Part shown: piece after piece, positions 1 through 9,141 of the stretch | Layout of the letters: each line of letters starts with the position of its first letter | How positions within the stretch are numbered: the first letter of the stretch is position 1 | Source of the DNA: a virus | Lineage: Duplodnaviria > Heunggongvirae > Uroviricota > Caudoviricetes | Virus record (IMG/VR): IMGVR_UViG_3300020049_016248 | Length of the DNA stretch: 64,000 nt | Direction: 5' to 3' (one strand) | The notes under the pieces: model-generated | What the model was told of the DNA's origin: nothing | What the model saw: only the letters and a program-made list of their open reading frames with translations | The model's database searches: none | Position numbers and translations under genes: made by a program

Positions 1-2324
1 GTTACGAATTAGAAGTAATTAAAGATAAACAATTTAGTGATTATTTTTTAATTGTAGAAGATTTATTGAAATGGGCACGTCAAGAAGGTATTGGTGTAGG
101 TGTTGGTCGTGGTTCTTGTGGTGGTAGTTTATTAGCATACGCTTTAGATATTATTGCTCTTTCACCTGTTAAGTATGATTTATATTTCGAACGTTTTCTT
201 AACCCACAAAGAGAAAGTGCTGTAGATATCGATTTAGATATTGAAAATGGTGGTAGGGAGAAAATTAGACATTACTTAGAAGATAAGTATGGTAAAGAAT
301 CTGTTTTAGGTGTAGTAACTTTCCATTTATATGGACCTAAATCAGCATTACAAGATGCATCAAGAGGGTTGAAGAGAGATACTTCTTTTGAGTCTACATT
401 AATGAAAGAGGTTACAAAGTTACCTGACTTAGATGAACAAAAAGATTTAGTAACATATTTCCAAAAAGTATATAAAACTTCAACTTCTGAAACAGTTTTA
501 AAGTGGTGTGAAGACAATCAAGATACAATTCTTTACGCTAATAAATTGTTAGGTCAACCTAAAAATCTAGGAACTCATGCTGGTGGAATTTTAATTGCCC
601 CAGGGCCTGTTTATGATTATATCCCTGTTACTAGAGGAGGTGGTGAGGTTGTTACTGCATTTAAAGAAGCAGATGGTTCATCTAAAGATTTATCTGAACT
701 AGGATTATTGAAGTTAGATGTTTTAGGTTTGAGAACATTAAACGTTATAAATAATTGCGTTAAAAAAATTAAAATAGATTTAGGTGTAGATTTAAAACAA
801 GAAATATTAGACTTAGATTTGAGTAACCCTGAATTGTTTGAATTGATTCAAAAAGGTAATTTGTATGGTTTATTTCAATTAGACGGAGGAGCTTCACCTT
901 TGGTTAAGATGATTAAACCAAATCGATTTGAAGATATTGTAGCTATTAACTCTTTAAATCGACCAGGTCCACTAGAAACATTTGGACCTGTTTATGCAAA
1001 GTGGAAAAGACATTATGAAGAAGGGAAACCAGAAAAGTGTAAAGAAGATGAAATTTACCCTAAACTAGACTTTATGTTGAAAGCAACAAAAGAAAGTTAT
1101 GGTGCATTAATTTTCCAAGAACAATTTATGTTTATGGTCAAAGATGCAGCAGGGTTTAATTTAGGTGAAGCAGATAATTTTAGAAGAGCTATTGCTTGGA
1201 CTAAAGATCATCCTAAATATTATACAGTGAAAAAATACTTTGATACATTAGAAACAAAAATGCTTGAAAAAGGTTATTCCCAAGCAGACGTTGATTATTT
1301 TGTTGATTATTGTAGAAAATTCATGGGTTATTCTTTTAATAAATCCCATGCTTTGTTCTATAGTTATACAGGTATGCAATGTGTTTACTTAAAAAAGTAT
1401 TACCCTGCATATTTCTATGCTGAGTTAGCTAATGTAGAAAGTCATGAAAAGATAAGAGAAATTGTAGTTGATGCAATAGCAAATGGAATTAATGTTTTAG
1501 CTCCTTCTGTTACTAAATCACAACATGGATTTTCAGTTGAAAATGAAAAAACTATCAGAATGGGTTTCAATGCTTTAAAAGGTTTTGGTGACAAGGCGTA
1601 TGAAGAATTAGTAACCCTTAAAGTTAGTGATAGTAAAAACATTTATGATATTTTAACTTTACCATTTAAAAAATTAAACGTATCTGCATTTCAATCTTTA
1701 ATAGATGTAGGTGCATTCGATGAGTTTGGTGTTGAGAGAGAAAAGATTGAAAGTATAAGAGCTTTATATAAAGACCCAAAAATAGAAAAATGGTTTACTC
1801 GTAAAAGAAAACCATTAGACTTAACAACTATGCCACCTTCTTTATTAGATTTCCCTGAAGAAGTTGTTATGGGGTTAGCAGAAAAACATAAAGATGATCC
1901 GGATCATTGGAAAAAACTAATTCATGAATTAATTCCTTTCATTAAAGTTAAACCTCTTAAAGAAGAGGTTAAAAATAATCGTGAGGAAAACATATTAGGA
2001 TTTAGTTTAAAACAGGTAAGTAGTTTAGCGGAGTTACTTACTTTAGCAGAAAAATACCCTACCTTAAACTTAAAATCTCTAAGTCTTCATAATAATGAAT
2101 CAGATTTATGTTATTGGAGTTTGGTAAAAAGAACTGTTCTAAAAACAAAAAGGGGAAAAGAATATTTAAACTTAGAAATATCTGACGGTAGTACCACAAT
2201 AAAAGCTAAATGTTGGGATATGCTTGATTTGAAAAAAGGAAAAGCATACGTAAGTAATTTGAAAAAAGATTTATACGGGTATACTATTATTAACAATGGT
2301 TTATTAACAGAGATAGATTTGTAA
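1..2324 (+). CDS. dnaE: DNA polymerase III alpha subunit (DnaE-type, C-family), C-terminal portion; 5' end runs off the window
   Basis: The frame is open from base 3 with no upstream stop, so the M at 66 is not the true start. Motifs GIGVGVGRGSCGGSLLAYALDI, HAGGILIAPGPVYDYIPV and FNKSHALFYSYTGMQCVYLKKYYPAYFYAEL match DnaE palm/fingers signatures (GRGSaaGSLV, HAGGVVI, FNKSHAAAYA..YPAEFMAA). An OB-fold-like C-terminal tail is present. Confidence 0.85.
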   Translation, partial: YELEVIKDKQFSDYFLIVEDLLKWARQEGIGVGVGRGSCGGSLLAYALDIIALSPVKYDLYFERFLNPQRESAVDIDLDIENGGREKIRHYLEDKYGKESVLGVVTFHLYGPKSALQDASRGLKRDTSFESTLMKEVTKLPDLDEQKDLVTYFQKVYKTSTSETVLKWCEDNQDTILYANKLLGQPKNLGTHAGGILIAPGPVYDYIPVTRGGGEVVTAFKEADGSSKDLSELGLLKLDVLGLRTLNVINNCVKKIKIDLGVDLKQEILDLDLSNPELFELIQKGNLYGLFQLDGGASPLVKMIKPNRFEDIVAINSLNRPGPLETFGPVYAKWKRHYEEGKPEKCKEDEIYPKLDFMLKATKESYGALIFQEQFMFMVKDAAGFNLGEADNFRRAIAWTKDHPKYYTVKKYFDTLETKMLEKGYSQADVDYFVDYCRKFMGYSFNKSHALFYSYTGMQCVYLKKYYPAYFYAELANVESHEKIREIVVDAIANGINVLAPSVTKSQHGFSVENEKTIRMGFNALKGFGDKAYEELVTLKVSDSKNIYDILTLPFKKLNVSAFQSLIDVGAFDEFGVEREKIESIRALYKDPKIEKWFTRKRKPLDLTTMPPSLLDFPEEVVMGLAEKHKDDPDHWKKLIHELIPFIKVKPLKEEVKNNREENILGFSLKQVSSLAELLTLAEKYPTLNLKSLSLHNNESDLCYWSLVKRTVLKTKRGKEYLNLEISDGSTTIKAKCWDMLDLKKGKAYVSNLKKDLYGYTIINNGLLTEIDL

Positions 2325-2764
2325 TGTCTTTAGAGGATTTAATAGAAAAAAGCGTTAAAGATGAAAAAAGGATAAGGGAAGAACACTTAGTGTTAGAAAG
2401 CTATCAACGTTCTAACCCTTGGGTCGTAAATTCTTTATTATCTCAACTAGAAGAAGAAGGGTATCCAAAGATCCCTTCTTTTGAAGAAGCAGTTTCCTTA
2501 AGAGAAGAATATCTTTTAACTGATTTAAGTAAAGTATACTCGCAAATAAAAAAACGTAACCCTTTATTGATTGATAGAGGGCAAGAAGAAGTTTATTTTT
2601 ATTCTGTCAAAAAAAATCTATATAAACAACAACAAAAAAAAGGTTTATCTTTAGGGGATAAAGATACTAGTGGAAATTTAGTATCAGGTAGCAATATTGT
2701 CTTAGAAGTAGCTACTGTTAACCTGAAAGATTTTCTATATACTTATTATCAAACAAGAAATTAA
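2324..2764 (+). CDS. hypothetical protein (ATGA start/stop overlap with dnaE)
   Basis: 146-aa ORF, same strand, translationally coupled to the upstream gene. Confidence 0.5.
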   Translation: MSLEDLIEKSVKDEKRIREEHLVLESYQRSNPWVVNSLLSQLEEEGYPKIPSFEEAVSLREEYLLTDLSKVYSQIKKRNPLLIDRGQEEVYFYSVKKNLYKQQQKKGLSLGDKDTSGNLVSGSNIVLEVATVNLKDFLYTYYQTRN

Positions 2765-3744
2765 GAAATCTTATCTTCTAAACTGTCAAATTGTTGTTTA
2801 ATTCTATTTGAATATAAAGTTGAATATTCACCGTTTGAACCAGACACTTTCAAAGCAACTCTTTTAATTTTCTTAGTTACTTCACTTTCAGTAGTATATG
2901 GTACGTATTGATATTCACCAGAAGCGTTAGCATGAATTTTTACTGCTTGTACAGGGATAATAGAATTTGTATTCAAGAATAGATCATCCCAATCCACATT
3001 TGTTGAACGTGTAGCAATAATTTGTTCATTCGCATTAAACGGTGCAGCAGACCAACGTGTTTTATAAGATAAAATTCTACTATTTGAACCAGTATAATTT
3101 AAGATATACTTTATTAATAGAATATAATTACTTCTACCTGTTGTTTGAATTAAACCTCTACCTCTAAATTTGTAAAAATCACATTCTGTTAAAAATGTAG
3201 CAGGTGTTGTTCTAACAGCATCTTGTAAATTTGTAAAACTATCTGTAGGAAAAGTTTCTTTTTGCCATCTAGTGTCTAAAGTGTTTCGAAGTTGTGTTGC
3301 ATAAGACAAAGTTCCATGTGCTGCTTGATAGTTAAGGTCTCTAAACAAATGATATGCATTTATATTACCTGGTAAAGTGTTATAAGATTTTTTTCCACCA
3401 GAATTAAATGCATAAGCAATACCTGGTTTGTTAGGGTTTGAAACACTATTTACACTTTCTGAGAGTGGGGTGAATAAACCTCCAGTTTCATTTATTATAA
3501 TTGTATTCAAAGCTACAAACTCTAATAAGTTAAAACTACCATTGTTATCTGTATAAATAACAGAACCTGCTAGGTCCCAAAACTCTTTCCATTTAGCAGA
3601 GTTTGCTATTCTTCGTGATTCTTTACCACCAAACGCTTCAATGTTTCCATGATTCGTATTAAACCATGACACAAAACTACTTCCAGTTATACTTTTAAAG
3701 TAACTATCTATATCTGTACTGTTTTTAAATGTAACTGTAGCCAT
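2761..3744 (-). CDS. glycoside hydrolase family 19-like lysozyme/chitinase domain protein (endolysin or virion-associated lysin candidate)
   Basis: FYKFRGRGLIQTTGRSNY matches the GH19 catalytic signature (F/Y-x-GRG-x-IQ-L/T-T-G-x-x-NY) seen in phage GH19 endolysins. Confidence 0.65.
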   Translation of the reverse strand: MATVTFKNSTDIDSYFKSITGSSFVSWFNTNHGNIEAFGGKESRRIANSAKWKEFWDLAGSVIYTDNNGSFNLLEFVALNTIIINETGGLFTPLSESVNSVSNPNKPGIAYAFNSGGKKSYNTLPGNINAYHLFRDLNYQAAHGTLSYATQLRNTLDTRWQKETFPTDSFTNLQDAVRTTPATFLTECDFYKFRGRGLIQTTGRSNYILLIKYILNYTGSNSRILSYKTRWSAAPFNANEQIIATRSTNVDWDDLFLNTNSIIPVQAVKIHANASGEYQYVPYTTESEVTKKIKRVALKVSGSNGEYSTLYSNRIKQQFDSLEDKIS

Positions 3745-6593
3745 TATTTAACCTTATCTATTAAACTTTGTTTAACTAAAACAGATGAACTAGAAGCTGT
3801 TGCAGCGGTTGCTTTTGTGTTAACGTTTCTATTTGCAATCTCTCCTAGGTTGTTGTTATCTTGTTTTGTAACCTCTTGAGCAAAGTTGTTTCTACCATCA
3901 GCAGAAGAAAATTTCTTATTATCTTTTTTACCTTCCTTTTCCACATCTTCATTAAGTTTTAATATTCTAGCTCCAATGATTGAAGATGTAAATTTATGAC
4001 CTGATAATTTATGAGTTACTTCTAGTATTTGATATTCTCCATCAAAGAAACCCAAACCTTTAACAAAAATTCTTTTACCTGGACCTAACCAAGGATGAGC
4101 TAAACATTCTATAGTACAGTTTTGAAATTGGGAGAAAACAATTGTTAAATTTCTTTTTTTATCTGCAACTGTAACTGGTTTATTATATTCATCATTGTTG
4201 TTTACTTCATCTAAACTTGCTAAATCAGCAACTTGATTGTTAGCTGCAATAGATGCAGCATTAGGGGTACTTGTTTTTTCTACATTTAACGAAGTAATTA
4301 ACGAACCTTGAAACCTGTAAGAAAACACATCTTTCTCTTCAATAAACGTTTGTATAGTAGCTTGTTTAGGGGAATTACTAAACTCATTATCTCTATTAAT
4401 TTGTTGTTGAGGTTTAGCATATAGTTTATCTGCAGCTAATGTAGTTGCTATAATCCAAGTAGAATTAATACCTGCACCTGAACCAGTAGCTGCAGATAAC
4501 AATTCACATTCATTTTCTTGTAATACAGTTCTCAACCAGCGTAAAATTGTCCATTTATCATCTGAATTTTGCGGTGTGAATAACTGTTTATATTGATCTT
4601 TAGGAATTGTTAGTAAAATTTGGTCTGGGTGAATTTGATCTTGATTACCACCTTGCTCACCTCCAATAATACTTAAAAAATTACTAAAATCTCTTGACGT
4701 TGCTCTTGCTTTAATATTTTGTTCACTATATTGTCTTCTTTTATTTCTTTCTGCTGAATCAGTAATTTGAATTAATTGAGAGTTGTTAACGTCCATCATA
4801 ACATTTAAAATCAATTCACCCAAAGTAATAGTTCTACCTTTCTTTAAAGTGTTTCGTGTAAAGATTGCGAAGTCTAAAGGGTAATTGAAAACTATAGACC
4901 CTGTAGTTCTAAAACTTAAAGCTGCATGTAAAGCTCCTTTATCATCCATCGACAACTCAGGATTTAATAAAGCAATTTTAACATAATTACTCATATCTAA
5001 GTTTGTACGTGAAACTACTACTTGACCATTTTCTTCATTAAATGTAATACCATCATCAAACAAGTTTAATGTACCAGCAGTGTAATTACTTTCTGTATTA
5101 ATAGATTGAGTTAATGTGATTACATTTTTCCCTGGTATTAGTTGATTAGCTATTTTATTTCTAAAACTTCCATTTTCATCATCGAAAACAGCCCAACCAG
5201 GGTGATTCCAAAACTTTACTGAATTTGGATCATCTTTATCGTTCGGACTTGGAACTCTTATTTGCCAACCATATCTAAACCAAAAATCACCACCTACGTT
5301 TCCTGGACGAACATCATAAATGAAAGACCAAGGTGAATTTATATCTGTGAATTTATTACCTTGAACATCAACTAAAGTCATTTTAATTAATGTTAATCCG
5401 TTATCAGCTGTTTTACCAGCTTGAATTTCTAAATCTTGGAAGCCGATAGCTCCTGGTTTCGAAGCAACCCCATCGACAGGTGAAGGTGATAATACTAATT
5501 GACCGAACACTCTAACACCTACTCCTCTTTGAGCAAACACTTTCTTTCCACTTTCTGACTGTTCACCAATAAAATCAATACCTTCTTTAAAAGGGTCTAA
5601 GTTATATAAGTCTGCAATTCCCTTAGAATTGTTTTGAATATCAGCTGTTAAATTAAATCTTTCTTGAGAAAAACCTGGGGCTACTTCGTTTTGATATTTT
5701 GTAGCAGCGTTTTTAATTGAAGATAAGAGATTGCTTTTCTTATTAGAAGATTTACCTGTTGTATTGTCTTGAACATCTTCTGGAGTTTCACCTTCAGAAG
5801 CATAACCAGTAGGGTCTACAGTTATATCAGGAATAAGTTCAATGAAAGGGAAAACACTTTGAGGTGTATATCTAGTTGCGAGATAAAGTAAAAACTGTTT
5901 TAATCCAATCCAATCACTATCTTCATCAGAAGAAGATTTCTTCCCCCATGTTGCAGTAGTATCACTCAACTCTTGATTTCCAATGTTATTTGCAATCTGT
6001 TGAAAAGTATCAGTTAAATCCTGTCCTGCTTGTGTTTCATCAGCAGATGTTTCTTGAGTGTTTTCACCTGTAGAAACGTCACTCGTTGTGTTAGTTTTCT
6101 TTTCATCAGATGTTCTAGTATCTGATTCAGTTTCTCTAGAATAAGTAATCGTTATCGTTTCACTATTTGCTAATGCATTTTGAATTGAATTGAATACAAT
6201 ATTTAACGCTGTTCTAGAGTCACCAATAATATCAGTTCCTTTGGTCATACCAACCAACAAACAACCTTCAGTAGCAGTAGCATTGTTTCCAACGTGAATA
6301 CGAATACCTTCAAACCCTTTAACAGAATTAACTAATGGTAATTGTTTTTGTCCACCAATAACTCTTTCACCAACACCTGTCAATCCAGTAGGTGTTACAG
6401 TTACTCTGTATGAACCTAAAGGTATTGCAGTTTTCTTTGCAATTTTAATATTTTTTATCTCACTAACACTCATACTATTAGTTAAGTCTCTATCTTTATC
6501 TTCTAAAGTGTGACAAATGAACGTTCCATTGATTAACAAATCACCAATAGTAGTATTATTAGTTAAGGTTTTTCTTATTACTCGAATTTCCAT
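3744..6593 (-). CDS. large (949 aa) virion/tail-associated protein: N-terminal putative Cys-His peptidase-like domain, acidic Ser/Thr/Asp-rich linker, beta-rich C-terminal body
   Basis: Long ORF. N-terminus IRIHVGNNATATEGCLLVG resembles the H-x-G...(S/E)-G-C-(I/L) motif of YkuD/L,D-transpeptidase-fold domains. Low-complexity acidic region around aa 150-230. Sits between the LysM and GH19 genes. Confidence 0.5.
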   Translation of the reverse strand: MEIRVIRKTLTNNTTIGDLLINGTFICHTLEDKDRDLTNSMSVSEIKNIKIAKKTAIPLGSYRVTVTPTGLTGVGERVIGGQKQLPLVNSVKGFEGIRIHVGNNATATEGCLLVGMTKGTDIIGDSRTALNIVFNSIQNALANSETITITYSRETESDTRTSDEKKTNTTSDVSTGENTQETSADETQAGQDLTDTFQQIANNIGNQELSDTTATWGKKSSSDEDSDWIGLKQFLLYLATRYTPQSVFPFIELIPDITVDPTGYASEGETPEDVQDNTTGKSSNKKSNLLSSIKNAATKYQNEVAPGFSQERFNLTADIQNNSKGIADLYNLDPFKEGIDFIGEQSESGKKVFAQRGVGVRVFGQLVLSPSPVDGVASKPGAIGFQDLEIQAGKTADNGLTLIKMTLVDVQGNKFTDINSPWSFIYDVRPGNVGGDFWFRYGWQIRVPSPNDKDDPNSVKFWNHPGWAVFDDENGSFRNKIANQLIPGKNVITLTQSINTESNYTAGTLNLFDDGITFNEENGQVVVSRTNLDMSNYVKIALLNPELSMDDKGALHAALSFRTTGSIVFNYPLDFAIFTRNTLKKGRTITLGELILNVMMDVNNSQLIQITDSAERNKRRQYSEQNIKARATSRDFSNFLSIIGGEQGGNQDQIHPDQILLTIPKDQYKQLFTPQNSDDKWTILRWLRTVLQENECELLSAATGSGAGINSTWIIATTLAADKLYAKPQQQINRDNEFSNSPKQATIQTFIEEKDVFSYRFQGSLITSLNVEKTSTPNAASIAANNQVADLASLDEVNNNDEYNKPVTVADKKRNLTIVFSQFQNCTIECLAHPWLGPGKRIFVKGLGFFDGEYQILEVTHKLSGHKFTSSIIGARILKLNEDVEKEGKKDNKKFSSADGRNNFAQEVTKQDNNNLGEIANRNVNTKATAATASSSSVLVKQSLIDKVK

Positions 6594-6596
6594 TTT

Positions 6597-6869
6597 TTAG
6601 ATATCTTGTGATTCACCCCAAAGATCGAATACGCGAGTTAAAGGGAAAGGTATAATTAGTTTTGTTCCTATTGGAATATCAAAACTCATAAAATATTCTG
6701 GATTTGCACACATAATTACATATTCTAATGTAGCATCATTATAATATTTTAATGCTAATTGGTCAATTGTTTCATGAGCAGTTAAAACATGTTCAATATC
6801 AGTGTATGCTGGAGTAATTTTCCTCACTGGTTGAATCATAGTGTACTTATTATATCTATTGTATCCCAT
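6597..6869 (-). CDS. LysM-like small protein (phage tail protein X-like)
   Basis: 90 aa. ETIDQLALKYYNDATLEYVIMCANPEYF...IPIGTKLIIP fits the LysM pattern (DTLwgIA.kYyGd...ianaN.....lypGq.L.IP). Confidence 0.4.
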   Translation of the reverse strand: MGYNRYNKYTMIQPVRKITPAYTDIEHVLTAHETIDQLALKYYNDATLEYVIMCANPEYFMSFDIPIGTKLIIPFPLTRVFDLWGESQDI

Positions 6870-6988
6870 TAGTTTCTTTACTTTAAATAGGTTTATAGTT
6901 ACCTTGTTTAAACTGATAATTTTAAATTTAGTAGATTTTTTACAAATTAATCACAATTTTTAGCTTAATTAATTAGCAAAAATATAAT

Positions 6989-7453
6989 ATGAAAGATAAA
7001 TTATACTGGTTAAATTTAATTAACCCTGGAATGGTTTCTGATAGAACGTTAGAAACTAATTTAAAAGAAGTTGCATCTACAGCATTTCGCTTAAATGATT
7101 TAATCATTTTCACTTCCCCAGAAAAGATTGATGTCATTCACGAAACTTTGAAGAAAGATAAACCAAGTGGGTTGATGTATGTTTTGCTTGATGTAACGGA
7201 AAGTTTAACTTCTGAAACATTCAAAGGGGTGATGAATCCAGCACATTATAAAAATGCAAAACAATTAATGGAGTTAATCAACTCTTATAAAAAGGTTTCA
7301 GAAACAGTTGAAGATGAATTCAAATCTTTATCTTCAAAAGAACAACAAATTTACCTTGATATTATCCTTGATAAAATTTCTGCTAAAGGAATTGAATCTT
7401 TGGATGAGAAAGATAAAAGATTTTTAGAATTTAGCAAAAAAGAAAAAAAATAA
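6989..7453 (+). CDS. hypothetical protein
   Basis: 154-aa ORF; acidic/lysine-rich C-terminus. Confidence 0.5.
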   Translation: MKDKLYWLNLINPGMVSDRTLETNLKEVASTAFRLNDLIIFTSPEKIDVIHETLKKDKPSGLMYVLLDVTESLTSETFKGVMNPAHYKNAKQLMELINSYKKVSETVEDEFKSLSSKEQQIYLDIILDKISAKGIESLDEKDKRFLEFSKKEKK

Positions 7454-7454
7454 T

Positions 7455-7742
7455 ATGAACTTAGTCCCGAAATATATTGCATTAAATGCAGAGCAATATG
7501 CTAAAGTTGAGTCTTTCATTAGCTTAGGGTTCTTTGCGGAAAAAAAACCGCTTTATGTTGTAACCACAAAACCTAAATGTGAAGGGTTAGTGGTTTACGT
7601 AACTGTGGACAGGGTTAAAGCTAAACGTAAATGTTTTACTAAAAGTAAAAAACAAAGAAAAGCTTATTACACTAAGTTTGAATTCAGTAAAATGTTACCT
7701 TTTCATTTAATTGAAGAGTTAAATAAGGAACTAGGTATTTAA
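7455..7742 (+). CDS. hypothetical protein
   Basis: 95-aa ORF directly following the previous gene. Confidence 0.45.
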   Translation: MNLVPKYIALNAEQYAKVESFISLGFFAEKKPLYVVTTKPKCEGLVVYVTVDRVKAKRKCFTKSKKQRKAYYTKFEFSKMLPFHLIEELNKELGI

Positions 7743-7752
7743 TTTTAAGAAA

Positions 7753-8541
7753 ATGAAAAACTTATCAGAAAGTCAATTAGGGAAATTAGATGAAACTGCT
7801 TCAGATTATTATTTGAAACAAGCGCTTTACTATATTACTGAAGCTCATTTTGCAAAAGTTTCAATTCTTGAAAGGGAAAAGAAATCACATGAAGCAGAAG
7901 TTGCTAAACTTGTTCAAAAGCAACAAGCAGAAAATAAAATACAACCTTTTCTTTCCAACGTTCAATATAAACTTTATGAGTTGAAAAAGACATGGAAACC
8001 AGAACATGGTAACACTATCCTTAACGAAACTTATAATGAAGATTTACTTTCAGTTACACTAAACTTGGAAATTCTTACTAAGAATACTGAAATTATAAAC
8101 AACGTAGTAAAAGCATTAGAAATAGTAGGATTAGAAAAAACTACTTACAAATATTTGAGAGCTAATGCTAAAACTAAAACCGCAGTAACATCTGAATGGT
8201 ATTTAGAATTAGTAAATAAGTGTGCTAACCTAAACAACACACGAGGCTATTCAAAAGATGATCTTACTAGAATTTATCACGAACTGTGTCGTATGCATCT
8301 TGATTATCAACAAAGAAAAACTCAAACCGAAAAAGAATTAGAAGTACAAGCTTATAAAGAAGCACAAAGTAAAGAAGCTTTACAAAGAGAAGCTGTTTTA
8401 GTTGCACATGCTTGTCTTAAACATGGTTTTAACCCGTTGGAAATTACAACAAGGGACTTGTTAGATGTTAAGTTACAGGAAAAGGGATTAGTTCCTTCCA
8501 AAGTTTTACAAGATTTAGAATTTGAATTACAACAAAAATAA
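7753..8541 (+). CDS. hypothetical protein (predicted coiled-coil)
   Basis: 262-aa ORF. Confidence 0.5.
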   Translation: MKNLSESQLGKLDETASDYYLKQALYYITEAHFAKVSILEREKKSHEAEVAKLVQKQQAENKIQPFLSNVQYKLYELKKTWKPEHGNTILNETYNEDLLSVTLNLEILTKNTEIINNVVKALEIVGLEKTTYKYLRANAKTKTAVTSEWYLELVNKCANLNNTRGYSKDDLTRIYHELCRMHLDYQQRKTQTEKELEVQAYKEAQSKEALQREAVLVAHACLKHGFNPLEITTRDLLDVKLQEKGLVPSKVLQDLEFELQQK

Positions 8542-8561
8542 TTAATTAAAAAAAAGAAACT

Positions 8562-8948
8562 ATGCATATAAAAGCAGCTAACTTTATAGGACTTGTAATG
8601 ATACATTTTTTTATGAAATGTATCTACGAATTATCTTTAGGAAATTACATATCAAGTCTTGTCGAATTATTTGTTAGTCTTTTGTATTTTTGGCTTTTGA
8701 AAGGTGAACGTGAAATCCCAGTTGATAGAAAAACATTTTCCAGGAATTACAATTTCCCTTATATTTGCTTTGCTCTTTTTGCTATACTTGATTTTATATT
8801 GATCAAAACTACACTTATGTCTTCTGGTGTAATGATTTCTTCTTTACTTTTAAGTATTTATGCTCTTTACATATTAATTGCACCTAAAAAATCAATACTA
8901 GGGTTAGATATGGAAGTTCACAAGTTGTTTGGTAAACTTTTTAAATAA
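8562..8948 (+). CDS. hypothetical membrane protein
   Basis: 128 aa with several hydrophobic segments. Confidence 0.4.
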   Translation: MHIKAANFIGLVMIHFFMKCIYELSLGNYISSLVELFVSLLYFWLLKGEREIPVDRKTFSRNYNFPYICFALFAILDFILIKTTLMSSGVMISSLLLSIYALYILIAPKKSILGLDMEVHKLFGKLFK

Positions 8949-9141
8949 GGAATTTGAACATTTAAGTTCGATGACTAAAAGGGAGATTCGAAATAATAAG
9001 CATGTTGTAATAGTTTATATAATAGATAATAACTAATTTTAACATGTAATTAAGCACAGAAATATATAATATTGACCTAAGGTCTATTAATGCTTAATTA
9101 ATTATTTTCATTGGAATCAATATCTTTTTAATTTTTAACTT

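Noticed and set aside
272-517. Minus-strand 81-aa ORF inside dnaE (similarly 1442..1642 and 2111..2296)
   Set aside because: Fully nested antisense to a well-supported long CDS with conserved motifs. Typical spurious ORFs in AT-rich DNA.
8352-8606. Minus-strand ORF overlapping the ends of 7753..8541 and 8562..8948
   Set aside because: Overlaps two same-strand genes in a compact + strand operon and is Cys/Ser-rich low complexity. Treated as spurious.
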